Origin: Minisyncoccota bacterium
GTDB lineage: Bacteria > Patescibacteriota > Minisyncoccia > Phycocordibacterales > Phycocordibacteraceae
Assembly (NCBI GenBank): GCA_018062765.1
Contig: JAGORR010000001.1
Span: forward strand, 78,638-142,637
DNA: 64,000 nt
Direction: 5' to 3'
Under the pieces are notes generated by a model, which was not told the origin of the DNA, searched no databases, and saw only the letters and a program-made list of their open reading frames with translations. Below are positions 8,939-18,182 of this stretch, piece by piece. The number at the start of each line of letters is the position of its first letter. Position 1 is the stretch's first letter. The position numbers and the translations under genes were made by a program.

Positions 8939-10390
8939 TTAGCTTGTCGGGGTGCAGCGCAGGGAGGAGGTGCGCAGTTCCATATATAAGGAGGCTGGCG
9001 TGCCCTCTTCAGCTGCAAGTACCCCTGCTTCAGCAACCTCTGTGACAGAAGGGGTCGCAGGATTTGTCATGAGTGCTTGGAAGTCCTGGGCGACCGTTGC
9101 GACAGCGGTGGGATTCGCGCTCGTACGTGCCTCTAGGATTTCTGTGGTGATTGCCTGTAGCGCAGCGAGCGAGACGCCGACGCGCGCGAGTGCTGCATCC
9201 GCACGTGCTTTTGCGTCCGTTGCGCGCGCCTTCTCCTCATCCGTAGATTCATCGCAAGTAAGCGTTGACGATGCTACCGCCTCTATTTTCTGCCAATCCG
9301 TCTGATACGAAGCAAGGAGGGTTACTTGTCCCTGGATACCGCTTACAAGAAGCTCGTCGACAGATCCCCCGATAGGCGTTGTGGGAGGGGTGACCGGTGT
9401 CGGCGTCCCCGGTCTGTCTATATATCCTGAGCCGCCAGAGGATCGTGAGCCAATAGAAGAAAGTCCCTGAAGCGCCTGGCTTACAAGTTGGCTAACGAGC
9501 GCGTTCACGATCTCGTTTATCTCGTCAGCGACCTGGAGGCGCTGCTGCCCACCTGCCAAGGTCTCATTGAGCTGTTTTTCGATGACGGAACCTGGCGTCT
9601 CGATGGGGGCGTCGGCGCAGAATTCTTCCCCACCCAGATTGACCGCCGGCACAGGCGCGTTAATGCGGCCATCAGCGCCTGTTGTTGTCTGTCGGTCCCT
9701 GCACTCGCCGCGCCAAGACAGAAATCCGTTACCCCATCCGAGCTCCGTTATCCGCTTGTTAAGAGACGCTTCGATGCGGCGATTGAGCTCTTCTTTGGCA
9801 TTTAGATATGCGCCATGTGGGTTGTTTGCGCGATCTCCCGTGAGTGCGAACCACCCGTCCCAGCCGCCTTCGCTAAACCGACCGCGAGTGAACTCAAGAT
9901 CGTTCTCCACAGTGTCGCGAAGGGTGTACAGCTGCTCACGAAGGAACGCGTCGCCATTAGTCGAAAGGTAGTATCCGTACGCAACCGCCTCGACGGTACC
10001 CGAGAGCGGCGTGTCCATCATCTGATCGGCGAGCTGCCCGATGAATTCTGCGGCTACCGCGTCAGCGACCCCGCGCAGGTTCTGATTAAGGTCCTGGACG
10101 AAAGCCGGAGAGCCCTCGAAACCAGAGTTTATCCAATTGACGACGCTCCGCGACATCGACTCAAGGACGGTGTTCGCAAGCTGCCAAGCGACGCCGTCGA
10201 GGACCTGGTCGATATTGAGTTCTGCAGCATTTGTACCGAGAATGGCGTTTGTCGTTGCAAGGACTGCTTTATCGAGAACGAGCTGAACACCAAATTGTGC
10301 TTCAGCGCGTTGCGGTATTGCAAAGAGCGGCAGGATGAGCGCCAGCGTGAGCGCGGATGCGGTAGAACGATACAGGAGTGTACGCATCAT
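8939..10390 (-). CDS. secreted hypothetical protein
   Basis: 483 aa with a clear signal peptide (ALILPLFAIPQRAEAQ). 4-nt overlap with the upstream gene. No family recognised. Confidence 0.6.
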   Translation of the reverse strand: MMRTLLYRSTASALTLALILPLFAIPQRAEAQFGVQLVLDKAVLATTNAILGTNAAELNIDQVLDGVAWQLANTVLESMSRSVVNWINSGFEGSPAFVQDLNQNLRGVADAVAAEFIGQLADQMMDTPLSGTVEAVAYGYYLSTNGDAFLREQLYTLRDTVENDLEFTRGRFSEGGWDGWFALTGDRANNPHGAYLNAKEELNRRIEASLNKRITELGWGNGFLSWRGECRDRQTTTGADGRINAPVPAVNLGGEEFCADAPIETPGSVIEKQLNETLAGGQQRLQVADEINEIVNALVSQLVSQALQGLSSIGSRSSGGSGYIDRPGTPTPVTPPTTPIGGSVDELLVSGIQGQVTLLASYQTDWQKIEAVASSTLTCDESTDEEKARATDAKARADAALARVGVSLAALQAITTEILEARTSANPTAVATVAQDFQALMTNPATPSVTEVAEAGVLAAEEGTPASLYMELRTSSLRCTPTS

Positions 10391-11364
10391 AGGCTGGTTG
10401 CAGAAAGGAGTGCGTAGAACCCGGCGCCGGCACCCGTTCGCGCAGCACCCGTTGCGTCGTACGCTTTCTTCACGGCTTTGAAGCCATCGATCATGCTGCG
10501 CGCATCCTTCTCATAATTTCCAAACCCAATCATCGCGCGCACAGGATCATCAGTGAGTGAAGCCATGTCCCCAATCGTCGCTCCGAGCCGTGCGATTGCG
10601 TTCGTAAGTGACTGATGTGCGCTCGTAAGTGCTATTGGCGCAGCGACCCCTCGGAGGCCTTCTGCTATCGCAACGTAATGGTCTCCTATCCGCTTTACCT
10701 GTGCGAGCGCATTCGTATCGCTCTTGAGCACTGCGTCGCTGAAATACGTAAGCTCGCTTTCCGGGAGCGAGAGCGCGTTCTTGGCAAATGCCTGCTCAGC
10801 CCCTGCAAGGTATGAGCTAGGGGTCGCTCCCTCGCTCGCTACGAAGTCGGCAACGACGTATGCGTCATCACGCGTCGCTTCGCGGCGGATTTCGTCAACC
10901 GCGCTTACGACGAACGAGCGCAGTGCCTCAGCGGTGAGTTTCTCCCCTCCCCCGGTAGTGACGTACGTCTCGAAGAACGTGAGCGCGAATTTCTCGGTGA
11001 GGGAACCTGGTGCCGGAGTTACCCCTGGCATGCTTGCGATGATGTCGCTTCCTATAGTGCCTTCGGGCGCCTCAATCGTGGGGCGCACGAGGCCCTGGGC
11101 AAGCGCCTCGCTATCCTTGATGTCGCTCCGTACCGAAGTAGCGTCCTCCGGGTCCATCCCATACAGGAGCTCCTGCCAGTCTGGAACGCCATCGGCATCC
11201 GTATCCTTCGCGGCGTATTCTTTAAGCACCTCCTCGGTCTCCTCTGCAGATAGCGTTGGCGTTGGTGGAGCGCCGTTTTGTATGTAGTAGGCGCCTCCGA
11301 TGAGCACAATCGCGATGAGCGATGCTCCTCCTACTATCCAGTGCGTTCGTGTGACAGCAATCAC
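10387..11364 (-). CDS. membrane-anchored hypothetical protein with Ca-binding-like DxDxDG motif
   Basis: 325 aa with an N-terminal TM helix, then DTDADGVPDWQELLYGMDPED (thrombospondin-type-3-like). It is the first gene of the block. Confidence 0.55.
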   Translation of the reverse strand: MIAVTRTHWIVGGASLIAIVLIGGAYYIQNGAPPTPTLSAEETEEVLKEYAAKDTDADGVPDWQELLYGMDPEDATSVRSDIKDSEALAQGLVRPTIEAPEGTIGSDIIASMPGVTPAPGSLTEKFALTFFETYVTTGGGEKLTAEALRSFVVSAVDEIRREATRDDAYVVADFVASEGATPSSYLAGAEQAFAKNALSLPESELTYFSDAVLKSDTNALAQVKRIGDHYVAIAEGLRGVAAPIALTSAHQSLTNAIARLGATIGDMASLTDDPVRAMIGFGNYEKDARSMIDGFKAVKKAYDATGAARTGAGAGFYALLSATSL

Positions 11365-11420
11365 GGCAGTTTCGCATTAATAGTATCACCGAAATCTCAC
11401 CATCCCCCCGAGAGCGGTGG

Positions 11421-12218
11421 CTACCGTTGTGAACTGCTTGCCGAATCGGTGAGCGCGCGAGCAAGATTCTTCCACGTATCGATGGAAAGCTCCTCGGCGC
11501 GGGCGTTTGGAGATATGGAAAGTGCAGTAAATGCTTGTAAGACGCTATCGGGTGGCAGGAGATCCTCGAGATTCTTTGCAAGCCTTTTGCGTTTATGTGC
11601 GAACCCGGTCCGCAAGACTTCAAAGAACGCCTTTTCTTCCTGAAGCGAGGCAAAGGGGCTCCTGATGTCCTTGATGTGGAGTACTGCGGAGTCAATGTTC
11701 GGTGCCGGAAGAAACGCGCCGCGCGGTACGGTGAAAAGATAGGAGGGCTCTCCGAAGGCGCGCACGGCGATTGAGAGAATGCTTCCCTTTTTGTCTCGGG
11801 CGACGCGCTCTGCGACCTCTTTCTGTACCAGGATGGTTACCGAAGCTGGCTTCGCTTGGGCTGAGAGGAATGTGCGGATAATCTCACCGGTGAGGTAGTA
11901 CGGAATATTGGCGACCAGGTGGTAGCGGTCATGGAGCGCGCTTGGTCCGAATTCTCGGATATCCGCATTGATGAGCTCGAGCCGTCGACCTTTGATTTCC
12001 CCGGCAAAACGCTCCGCGAGCGCCGGGATGAGCTCGCGATCTGCCTCGACCGCGATAACCTTCTTGGCGCGCGCCAAAAGCGGCGCGGTCAGCATGCCGG
12101 TCCCGGGACCTATCTCAAGTACGACATCATCCGCTCCTACGCCGGACTCGATAGCGATATGCTCCGCTATCTTCGCGTGCATGAGAAAGTTCTGCCCGAG
12201 TGATTTCTTAGCTTGCAT
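11421..12218 (-). CDS. rsmA: 16S rRNA (adenine1518/1519-N6)-dimethyltransferase
   Basis: KKSLGQNFL and VLEIGPGTGMLT motifs. Start moved to ATG 12218 (MQAKKSLGQNF), 4 nt after the pcrA stop. Confidence 0.85.
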   Translation of the reverse strand: MQAKKSLGQNFLMHAKIAEHIAIESGVGADDVVLEIGPGTGMLTAPLLARAKKVIAVEADRELIPALAERFAGEIKGRRLELINADIREFGPSALHDRYHLVANIPYYLTGEIIRTFLSAQAKPASVTILVQKEVAERVARDKKGSILSIAVRAFGEPSYLFTVPRGAFLPAPNIDSAVLHIKDIRSPFASLQEEKAFFEVLRTGFAHKRKRLAKNLEDLLPPDSVLQAFTALSISPNARAEELSIDTWKNLARALTDSASSSQR

Positions 12219-12222
12219 ACGG

Positions 12223-14157
12223 TTAGTGTATCTGCGGCAGACCATCATGTTCGCCAATCTCCGCGACAGTGAGCGAAGGATCGATTTCCGATAGGAATTG
12301 CGACGGCTCCGAAAGGAAGTCCGTTCCATAGATACGGCGTACATGTGCGAGCGTGAGGATCAGGGTCTTTCGTGCGCGCGTCATGGCAACGTAGAAGAGG
12401 CGGCGCTCCTCCTCCTCATCGCGATCGTTATCATCGCCACCCTCATGCGGAAACAATCCCTGCTCGAGCCCTGAGACGTAGACGGTATCGAATTCGAGTC
12501 CCTTAGCCGCGTGCACCGTCATCAGAGTGACGCCGTTCTTCTTTACTTCCTCGCGCGGCCTATCGATCTCGTCCTGGTCGCCTGAGAGCGCCGCGTCTGC
12601 GAGGAATGCGCATATCCCTTCTTCGCCTGGGGTTGCGTCGAACCGGCTTGCGAAGGTCGCAAGCTCCTTCGCGTTCTCAATGCGCTCTTCGCCTTCCTCC
12701 CCGCCTTTCTCTAAGGAACTCATGAGACCGCTTTTCTCGATGACGAGCTTTACGAAAGCAGAGGGAGCAAGTTCTTTTGACGCCCTGTGGAGCGTTTCGA
12801 TGAGGGCATCAAACGCAGCGATTTTCGTGCGATCCGCGGCACGTAACTCCGCAGTTTTTCCGGCCATGATCTTCCCTACCGTAGTCTTTCCGATGCCGCG
12901 TGCAGGCGCCTGCATAGCGCGGAGCCGGTCAGACTCGCGTGTGGGGTCAAGCGCGGCGCGCATCCACGCGACCGCGTCTTTAATCTCCTTGCGGTCGAAG
13001 AAGCGGATGCCCAATAGTCGGTACGGTACGCCGTAGCGCAGGAACGCTTCCTCTAGGGCACGTGACTGGAAATTCGTCCGATATAGAACGGCGATGCTTT
13101 CCGGCTCATCCCCGCGTAGGACGCGTTTCTTCGTGTCGGATGCTATCCACGCAGCCTCGCCCTCAGCGTTCGCGGCGAGGTGTATGTGTATCGGCTCTCC
13201 GTCGTCGTTCGTCGTAACCGAACGCTTCTCCTTGCGATTCCGGTTCTTCTCGATGACCTGGTTTGCAGCTGCAACGATGGTTCCCGTCGAGCGGTAGTTT
13301 TCTTCAAGGATGACGGTTTTCGCGTCGGGATACGTGCGATCAAATTCAAGGAGGTTCTCGATAGTAGCGCCACGCCAGGTGTAGATGGTCTGATCGATAT
13401 CGCCGACCACAAACAGGTTGCGGTGCTTGCCCGAAAGCAGGTTCGCGAGCCTTCCCTGGAGTTCGTTGGTGTCCTGGTACTCGTCGATATGCACGTGCGA
13501 GAAGCGCGACTGCATCGCGTCGAGCGCTTCAGGGTGTTCTTCTAGGAGGCGAAGTGGAAGCAGAATCAGGTCATCGAAATCGAGCGCCTTTGCTTCCTTC
13601 AAGGAGCGCTCGTACTTAAGCCATGCTTCCGCGACGATGCGCGTCCGGAAGCTTTCGCGTGCATGGCGCGCATGGAACTCATCCGAACGCATTCCTGCCC
13701 CCTTTGCTTTACTGATACGCCCGAGAACGGTGCGCGGCGGCACCTCCTTGGGGTCAACATCAAGCGCCTTCAAGGCCTCCTTTATCGCACGTTCGGAATC
13801 ATCGCGATCGAATATAGAAAAGTAGCGGGGAACGCCGATAAAGCGCCCATGGGTCTCAAGTATCTCGCGTCCGAGTCCGTGGAAAGTCGCAATGAATGGA
13901 AGGTCTCGTCTGCGGCGGGTGTCGCCGGTCTCTCCGAGAAGCGTGGCGAGCCGTTCACGCATCTCACGGGCTGCCTTATTGGTGAATGTTACGGCGAGGA
14001 TTTTCTCAGGAGGCGTCCCTTCGCGGATGAGGTGGTAGATGCGACTCGTGAGTACCCGGGTTTTCCCTGAGCCTGCCCCTGCGAGTACCGAGATAGGGCC
14101 TTGGGTCGTAAGCACAGCCTCCTTTTGTCTTTCATTGAGGCCGTGGAGGTACTCCAT
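12223..14157 (-). CDS. pcrA: UvrD/PcrA-family ATP-dependent DNA helicase
   Basis: VLAGAGSGKTRVLT (motif I), IDEYQDTN (motif II) and TVHAAKGLEFD near the C-terminus. Confidence 0.9.
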   Translation of the reverse strand: MEYLHGLNERQKEAVLTTQGPISVLAGAGSGKTRVLTSRIYHLIREGTPPEKILAVTFTNKAAREMRERLATLLGETGDTRRRRDLPFIATFHGLGREILETHGRFIGVPRYFSIFDRDDSERAIKEALKALDVDPKEVPPRTVLGRISKAKGAGMRSDEFHARHARESFRTRIVAEAWLKYERSLKEAKALDFDDLILLPLRLLEEHPEALDAMQSRFSHVHIDEYQDTNELQGRLANLLSGKHRNLFVVGDIDQTIYTWRGATIENLLEFDRTYPDAKTVILEENYRSTGTIVAAANQVIEKNRNRKEKRSVTTNDDGEPIHIHLAANAEGEAAWIASDTKKRVLRGDEPESIAVLYRTNFQSRALEEAFLRYGVPYRLLGIRFFDRKEIKDAVAWMRAALDPTRESDRLRAMQAPARGIGKTTVGKIMAGKTAELRAADRTKIAAFDALIETLHRASKELAPSAFVKLVIEKSGLMSSLEKGGEEGEERIENAKELATFASRFDATPGEEGICAFLADAALSGDQDEIDRPREEVKKNGVTLMTVHAAKGLEFDTVYVSGLEQGLFPHEGGDDNDRDEEEERRLFYVAMTRARKTLILTLAHVRRIYGTDFLSEPSQFLSEIDPSLTVAEIGEHDGLPQIH

Positions 14158-14475
14158 ATAAGGAGTATAGCCAAAAACGGCCTTATTACTACGTTTTTTC
14201 GCTTTCTTGCCTGTAATACCCTGCAGATATGCGGTTTCTCTAGCTTTTCAACAGGGCTCCTTTCACTACATTGACCTCATATTCTCTTCACGGTACCCTA
14301 GTCAGGTTGGTTGCTACGGATGCACGAAAAGATACGGCTTAGGTAAGCCATATCCTGAACACGGAAGGTACGGAAGACATTCCCGAAACACCCTATCGCC
14401 TTTGATTTACAGACCTCCGAGTCTACCGCTTCGGCGGAGAATCGGAATACATACCTTGTTCTGGGTGCTATCCCT

Positions 14476-15522
14476 GTGGCCGCGGTTGCCCTTAGCATCG
14501 TGGCTTTTGCCATACCTCGTGAAGTAGTCGCTTTTTGGCCGTTCGCGCCGTTCACCCGTTCTGCCGAGGCCCAAGTCCCTTTGGTCGCGCCCGATCCATC
14601 CCTCCGCCTTCTTGCGGCAGCGACGAACACTGACCCTAACCCTGAAAAGGGTGGCTGCGCGCTCCCAACCACCGAGGGTTCTGCGCTTACTGGAGCGTCA
14701 TGCCCTGATACCGCTTATATCGAGGCTGCAAACTCGGGTGGCAGTATCTCTTTGTACGAAGTCCACGAGGGCGATACGCTTTCTGATATTGCGGAGATGT
14801 TCGATGTTTCGGGGAACACCATACTTTGGGCGAATGATCTCAAGAGCTCGAAGGACATCCATCCGGGTCAGACACTGGTCATCCTTCCTGTGACCGGGAT
14901 TCGCCACAAGGTGCTTGCGGGCGAGACACTCGCGTCCCTCGCAAAAACCTACGGTGGCGACGCGGATGAGATCGCTTCGTATAATGGCCTCCACAGTGCA
15001 GAAGCCCTCATCAAGGGTTCCGTAGTCATCATTCCCGGTGGCGAAATCAAGGTCGCGGCGAAGCCAGTAGCTAAGTCCGGCGTGAAGCAGGGCGGCAGCA
15101 TCGCGTCGATAAGCGGCAAGGGTGGAGGCGCGGCGATACCTGGGTACTACGGGAATCCGGTTCCGGGCGCCATTGTCACGCAGGGCGTTCACGGATGGAA
15201 TGGCGTCGACCTCGGTGCCCCTGCGGGTACCTCCGTTTATGCGGCTGCCGGCGGTACCGTCATCATTTCGAAAGCGAATGGCGCGTGGAATGGAGGCTAC
15301 GGGAATTACGTGGTTATCGATCACGGCAACGGGACGCAGACGCTCTACTCCCACCTCTCGTCGGTTGCGCTCTCGGTTGGAAGCTCGGTCGCCAAGGGAG
15401 CTCTGGTTGGTGGCGTGGGACGCACAGGAGAAGCGACTGGCAACCATCTTCACTTTGAAGTTCGCGGCGCAAAGAATCCTCTTTCAGGCTGCGTTACCGG
15501 AAAGACCTGCTCCGCGCAGTAA
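14476..15522 (+). CDS. LysM-LysM-M23 peptidoglycan endopeptidase
   Basis: Two LysM repeats (YEVHEGDTLSDIAEMF, HKVLAGETLASLAKTY) and an M23 core (GVDLGAP, YGNYVVIDHG, GNHLHFEVR). The tracked start is GTG 14476 and the true start is uncertain. Confidence 0.85.
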   Translation: MAAVALSIVAFAIPREVVAFWPFAPFTRSAEAQVPLVAPDPSLRLLAAATNTDPNPEKGGCALPTTEGSALTGASCPDTAYIEAANSGGSISLYEVHEGDTLSDIAEMFDVSGNTILWANDLKSSKDIHPGQTLVILPVTGIRHKVLAGETLASLAKTYGGDADEIASYNGLHSAEALIKGSVVIIPGGEIKVAAKPVAKSGVKQGGSIASISGKGGGAAIPGYYGNPVPGAIVTQGVHGWNGVDLGAPAGTSVYAAAGGTVIISKANGAWNGGYGNYVVIDHGNGTQTLYSHLSSVALSVGSSVAKGALVGGVGRTGEATGNHLHFEVRGAKNPLSGCVTGKTCSAQ

Positions 15523-15540
15523 CCGTTGCTTACGGGAAAA

Positions 15541-15566
15541 AGCCCCGGGCTGCGGGGCTTTTTTAT
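15541..15566. terminator. bidirectional intrinsic terminator
   Basis: AGCCCCG-ggctg-CGGGGCT flanked by an A-run and a T-run, between convergent genes. Confidence 0.6.
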
Positions 15567-17173
15567 TCAAATCCAAAAAGTCCGCGTGGTCGGTATTGCA
15601 ACGCTTCGTGGACGTGTTGGGGTAAGACTTCATCGCAGTCCTCTAGGTCTGCGATGGTGCGGGCCACACGCATGACGCGGTGATAGGCACGTGGTGAAAG
15701 GTCGAGCCGTGTGGCGGCGGTAAGAAGAGTTTCTCTCGCCTCAGTCGTGAAATGCGCGGCTTCAATCTCCTTGCCGGAGAGGCGTCCGTTTGCTACCTCC
15801 TTCCCACTCCTCTCTTTTGCGCGCGTTCTGGCACTAATGACACGCTTGCGCACTGCTTCCGAAGACTCCCCTTCTGAAAGCTGCGCGAGCTTCTCGTGGG
15901 CGATGTGCGGTACTTCAACCCAGAGGTCAAGACGGTCGACGATAGGCCGCGAAACCTTCCGTGCTTGCTTGCGGGCCTGCCGCACCGCTTCCTCGGCGTG
16001 CGCGGATAGCGTATCTGCGGGATTCATAGCGGCAACGAGCATGCAGTCGGCAGGAAATGTGACAGTAGCGCGAGCGCGCGAAACGGTGATTACTCGATCT
16101 TCGAGTGGCTGACGCAAAGACTCGAGGACACGTGACTCGAACTCGACGAACTCATCGAGGAAGAGAACGCCCTTATGTGCAAGCGTGATTTCTCCGGGGC
16201 GTGGGATTACTCCTCCTCCAACGACTGCCGCATGCGACGTCGTATGATGCGGCGAGCGAAACGGCGGCCAATCGACGGCGTAGTCATCATGCATGACGCC
16301 TGCTGACGAATGTATTGCAGTGACTTCGAGCACCTCATCAGGAGAAAGGGGCGGCAGGATGCCAGAGAGTGCGCGTGCGAGCATTGTCTTTCCCGTTCCT
16401 GGCGGGCCGTATAGGACGAGATTATGACGTCCAGCTGCCGCTATTTCCAAGGCGCGCTTCGCGCTCTCTTGACCCCGTACATCCGTAAGATCGACTGCAG
16501 GTGGTGCGATTTTTCTACGCACTTCCCGCGGCTTGGCTGCGAGTTTCTCTGTACCGGAAAGATGCGCGACGAGCGCCTTAAGAGACTCTGGTGCGTACAC
16601 TTTGATACCTTCGGCGAGTAAGGCCTCCTTCGCGTTACCCGGTGGAACATACGCGCAAGTAAATCCCGCGCGTTTGGCAGCCATCACTTGGGAGAGGATA
16701 CCGCGCACAGGTTTCAAGGTGCCGTCGAGTGCAAGTTCACCCGAGAATAAGCACCGTGTGTCAGTCGAGGGAAGTGCATTTGTTGCGACCAGGTAGCAGA
16801 CCGCGAGCGCAAGATCGTAGTGCGAGCCCTCCTTCTTGAGGTCTGCAGGGGAGAGTGAGAGAACGATTTTCTTATTCTCTGCCTTCGGGGATTTGATACC
16901 AGCGTGTCGTATCGCCGCGGCGATACGATCGCGTGACTCCTCGACCGCTTTATCGGGTAGGCCGACTATCGTAAACGCATGGAGTCCGCGCGTTACATCA
17001 GCCTCGACCGCGACGACTTCCCCACCGCCTGCGATAGGTTGGGAAGCGTGTACGCGAGCGTACCCGCTTCCCGTCTCGTCCCTCTTTTTCGGCGCGGCGC
17101 CGAGCGTGAGCGCGTCCTTTGCCACTTCCGCTATTGTACGACCGCGCGTACGCGCGGCGATGAGAATCCACAC
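15563..17173 (-). CDS. comM: YifB/ComM Mg-chelatase-like AAA+ protein
   Basis: N-terminal [18 protein letters not shown], Walker [14 protein letters not shown] and a ChlI-like C-terminus. The first ~35 codons may not be translated. Confidence 0.85.
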   Translation of the reverse strand: MWILIAARTRGRTIAEVAKDALTLGAAPKKRDETGSGYARVHASQPIAGGGEVVAVEADVTRGLHAFTIVGLPDKAVEESRDRIAAAIRHAGIKSPKAENKKIVLSLSPADLKKEGSHYDLALAVCYLVATNALPSTDTRCLFSGELALDGTLKPVRGILSQVMAAKRAGFTCAYVPPGNAKEALLAEGIKVYAPESLKALVAHLSGTEKLAAKPREVRRKIAPPAVDLTDVRGQESAKRALEIAAAGRHNLVLYGPPGTGKTMLARALSGILPPLSPDEVLEVTAIHSSAGVMHDDYAVDWPPFRSPHHTTSHAAVVGGGVIPRPGEITLAHKGVLFLDEFVEFESRVLESLRQPLEDRVITVSRARATVTFPADCMLVAAMNPADTLSAHAEEAVRQARKQARKVSRPIVDRLDLWVEVPHIAHEKLAQLSEGESSEAVRKRVISARTRAKERSGKEVANGRLSGKEIEAAHFTTEARETLLTAATRLDLSPRAYHRVMRVARTIADLEDCDEVLPQHVHEALQYRPRGLFGFE

Positions 17174-17236
17174 GACCCGCTCGATACGGCTCGAGCTGGT
17201 GCTATAGTGCGGTCACGTGCGAATTAACTCATCCTT

Positions 17237-17755
17237 ATGAAAGCCATACAGAATATCGCCGCTTACCTCTTTATCGCCGCCGTTGCGGTCCTATCTATCG
17301 TCTCCATACTTGGTGTATGGGAAGTGGTTGAGGACGACATGATCGAGAAGTCGTTCCTTACGATTGGGCTCCTCGGTGTTGTCGCCATCGTGGTCATTGC
17401 TGCAGGCCGCTTTATCGATACAACGCCTATGGACGACATGAACAGTCTCGCGTGGGTTGCCGCGTTCAAATCGATACGGCACGTAACCCTAGGCTCTCTT
17501 ATCGTCTCGGCCGTTCTTCTCGCCTTCCTTGGCGTGCTTGCGATATGGGAAGTCATCGCTGACATGGAGGTCCTTATGCGCTCCATGGGAACGCTCGCCG
17601 TCATCGGCTTCGCGTCCCTCATCATCGTCATGGTCTGTCTTGAGCGTGAGAATCGCTCGGCAAAGCCTGGAGAAGCGGTGCGTATGTCCGCCGGTACCAT
17701 CGTGCTTGGCATCATCGGCGCATTTATTCTGTTCGCATTCCTCTCCGCGCTCTAA
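17237..17755 (+). CDS. polytopic membrane protein, internally duplicated
   Basis: 172 aa with 4-5 TM helices and a repeated LGVWEVVEDD / LAIWEVIADM module. Confidence 0.55.
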   Translation: MKAIQNIAAYLFIAAVAVLSIVSILGVWEVVEDDMIEKSFLTIGLLGVVAIVVIAAGRFIDTTPMDDMNSLAWVAAFKSIRHVTLGSLIVSAVLLAFLGVLAIWEVIADMEVLMRSMGTLAVIGFASLIIVMVCLERENRSAKPGEAVRMSAGTIVLGIIGAFILFAFLSAL

Positions 17756-17769
17756 TTGAGGCACAAAAG

Positions 17770-17808
17770 AAAAACCCGGAGCCAAAGGCTCCGGGTTTTT
17801 CTTTTTTC
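17770..17808. terminator. bidirectional intrinsic terminator
   Basis: AAAAACCCGGAGCC-aaa-GGCTCCGGGTTTTT followed by CTTTTTT. Confidence 0.7.
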
Positions 17809-17810
17809 GC

Positions 17811-18161
17811 TTACGAAAGGTGCGCGGTACAAGTCGTTGCTGCGGGGTCTGCTTCAAGCCGTTCCGGCTCTATCGCCTCTCCCCCGATCGCGCAGGTGCC
17901 ATAGGTACCAGCCTCGATGCGCGTGAGTGCTGCATTTACCGCCCGGTAGCGTATCTCAAGGTCCTCGAGTATCGCTGCGTTCTCGCTATACCCTTCCATC
18001 TGGTCCGCAGTGATATTAGGGTCCGCTTCAAGTCCCGTATCCTGCGGCTTTGGCTCCCAATCAACATTAGAGTTCGGGTTCCTGTTCCCTATTGAGGCCA
18101 GTTCAGTCTCGAGCTTCGCTGCCTCTTCCGTAAGTCGTGCCTTGTATGCTTCAGTTTCCAT
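17811..18161 (-). CDS. DksA/TraR-family protein with incomplete Cys4 finger
   Basis: 116 aa with a coiled-coil N-part and YGTCAIGGEAIEPERLEADPAATTC at the finger position. Confidence 0.6.
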   Translation of the reverse strand: METEAYKARLTEEAAKLETELASIGNRNPNSNVDWEPKPQDTGLEADPNITADQMEGYSENAAILEDLEIRYRAVNAALTRIEAGTYGTCAIGGEAIEPERLEADPAATTCTAHLS

Positions 18162-18182
18162 GCAGCGATACTAGCACACGCG

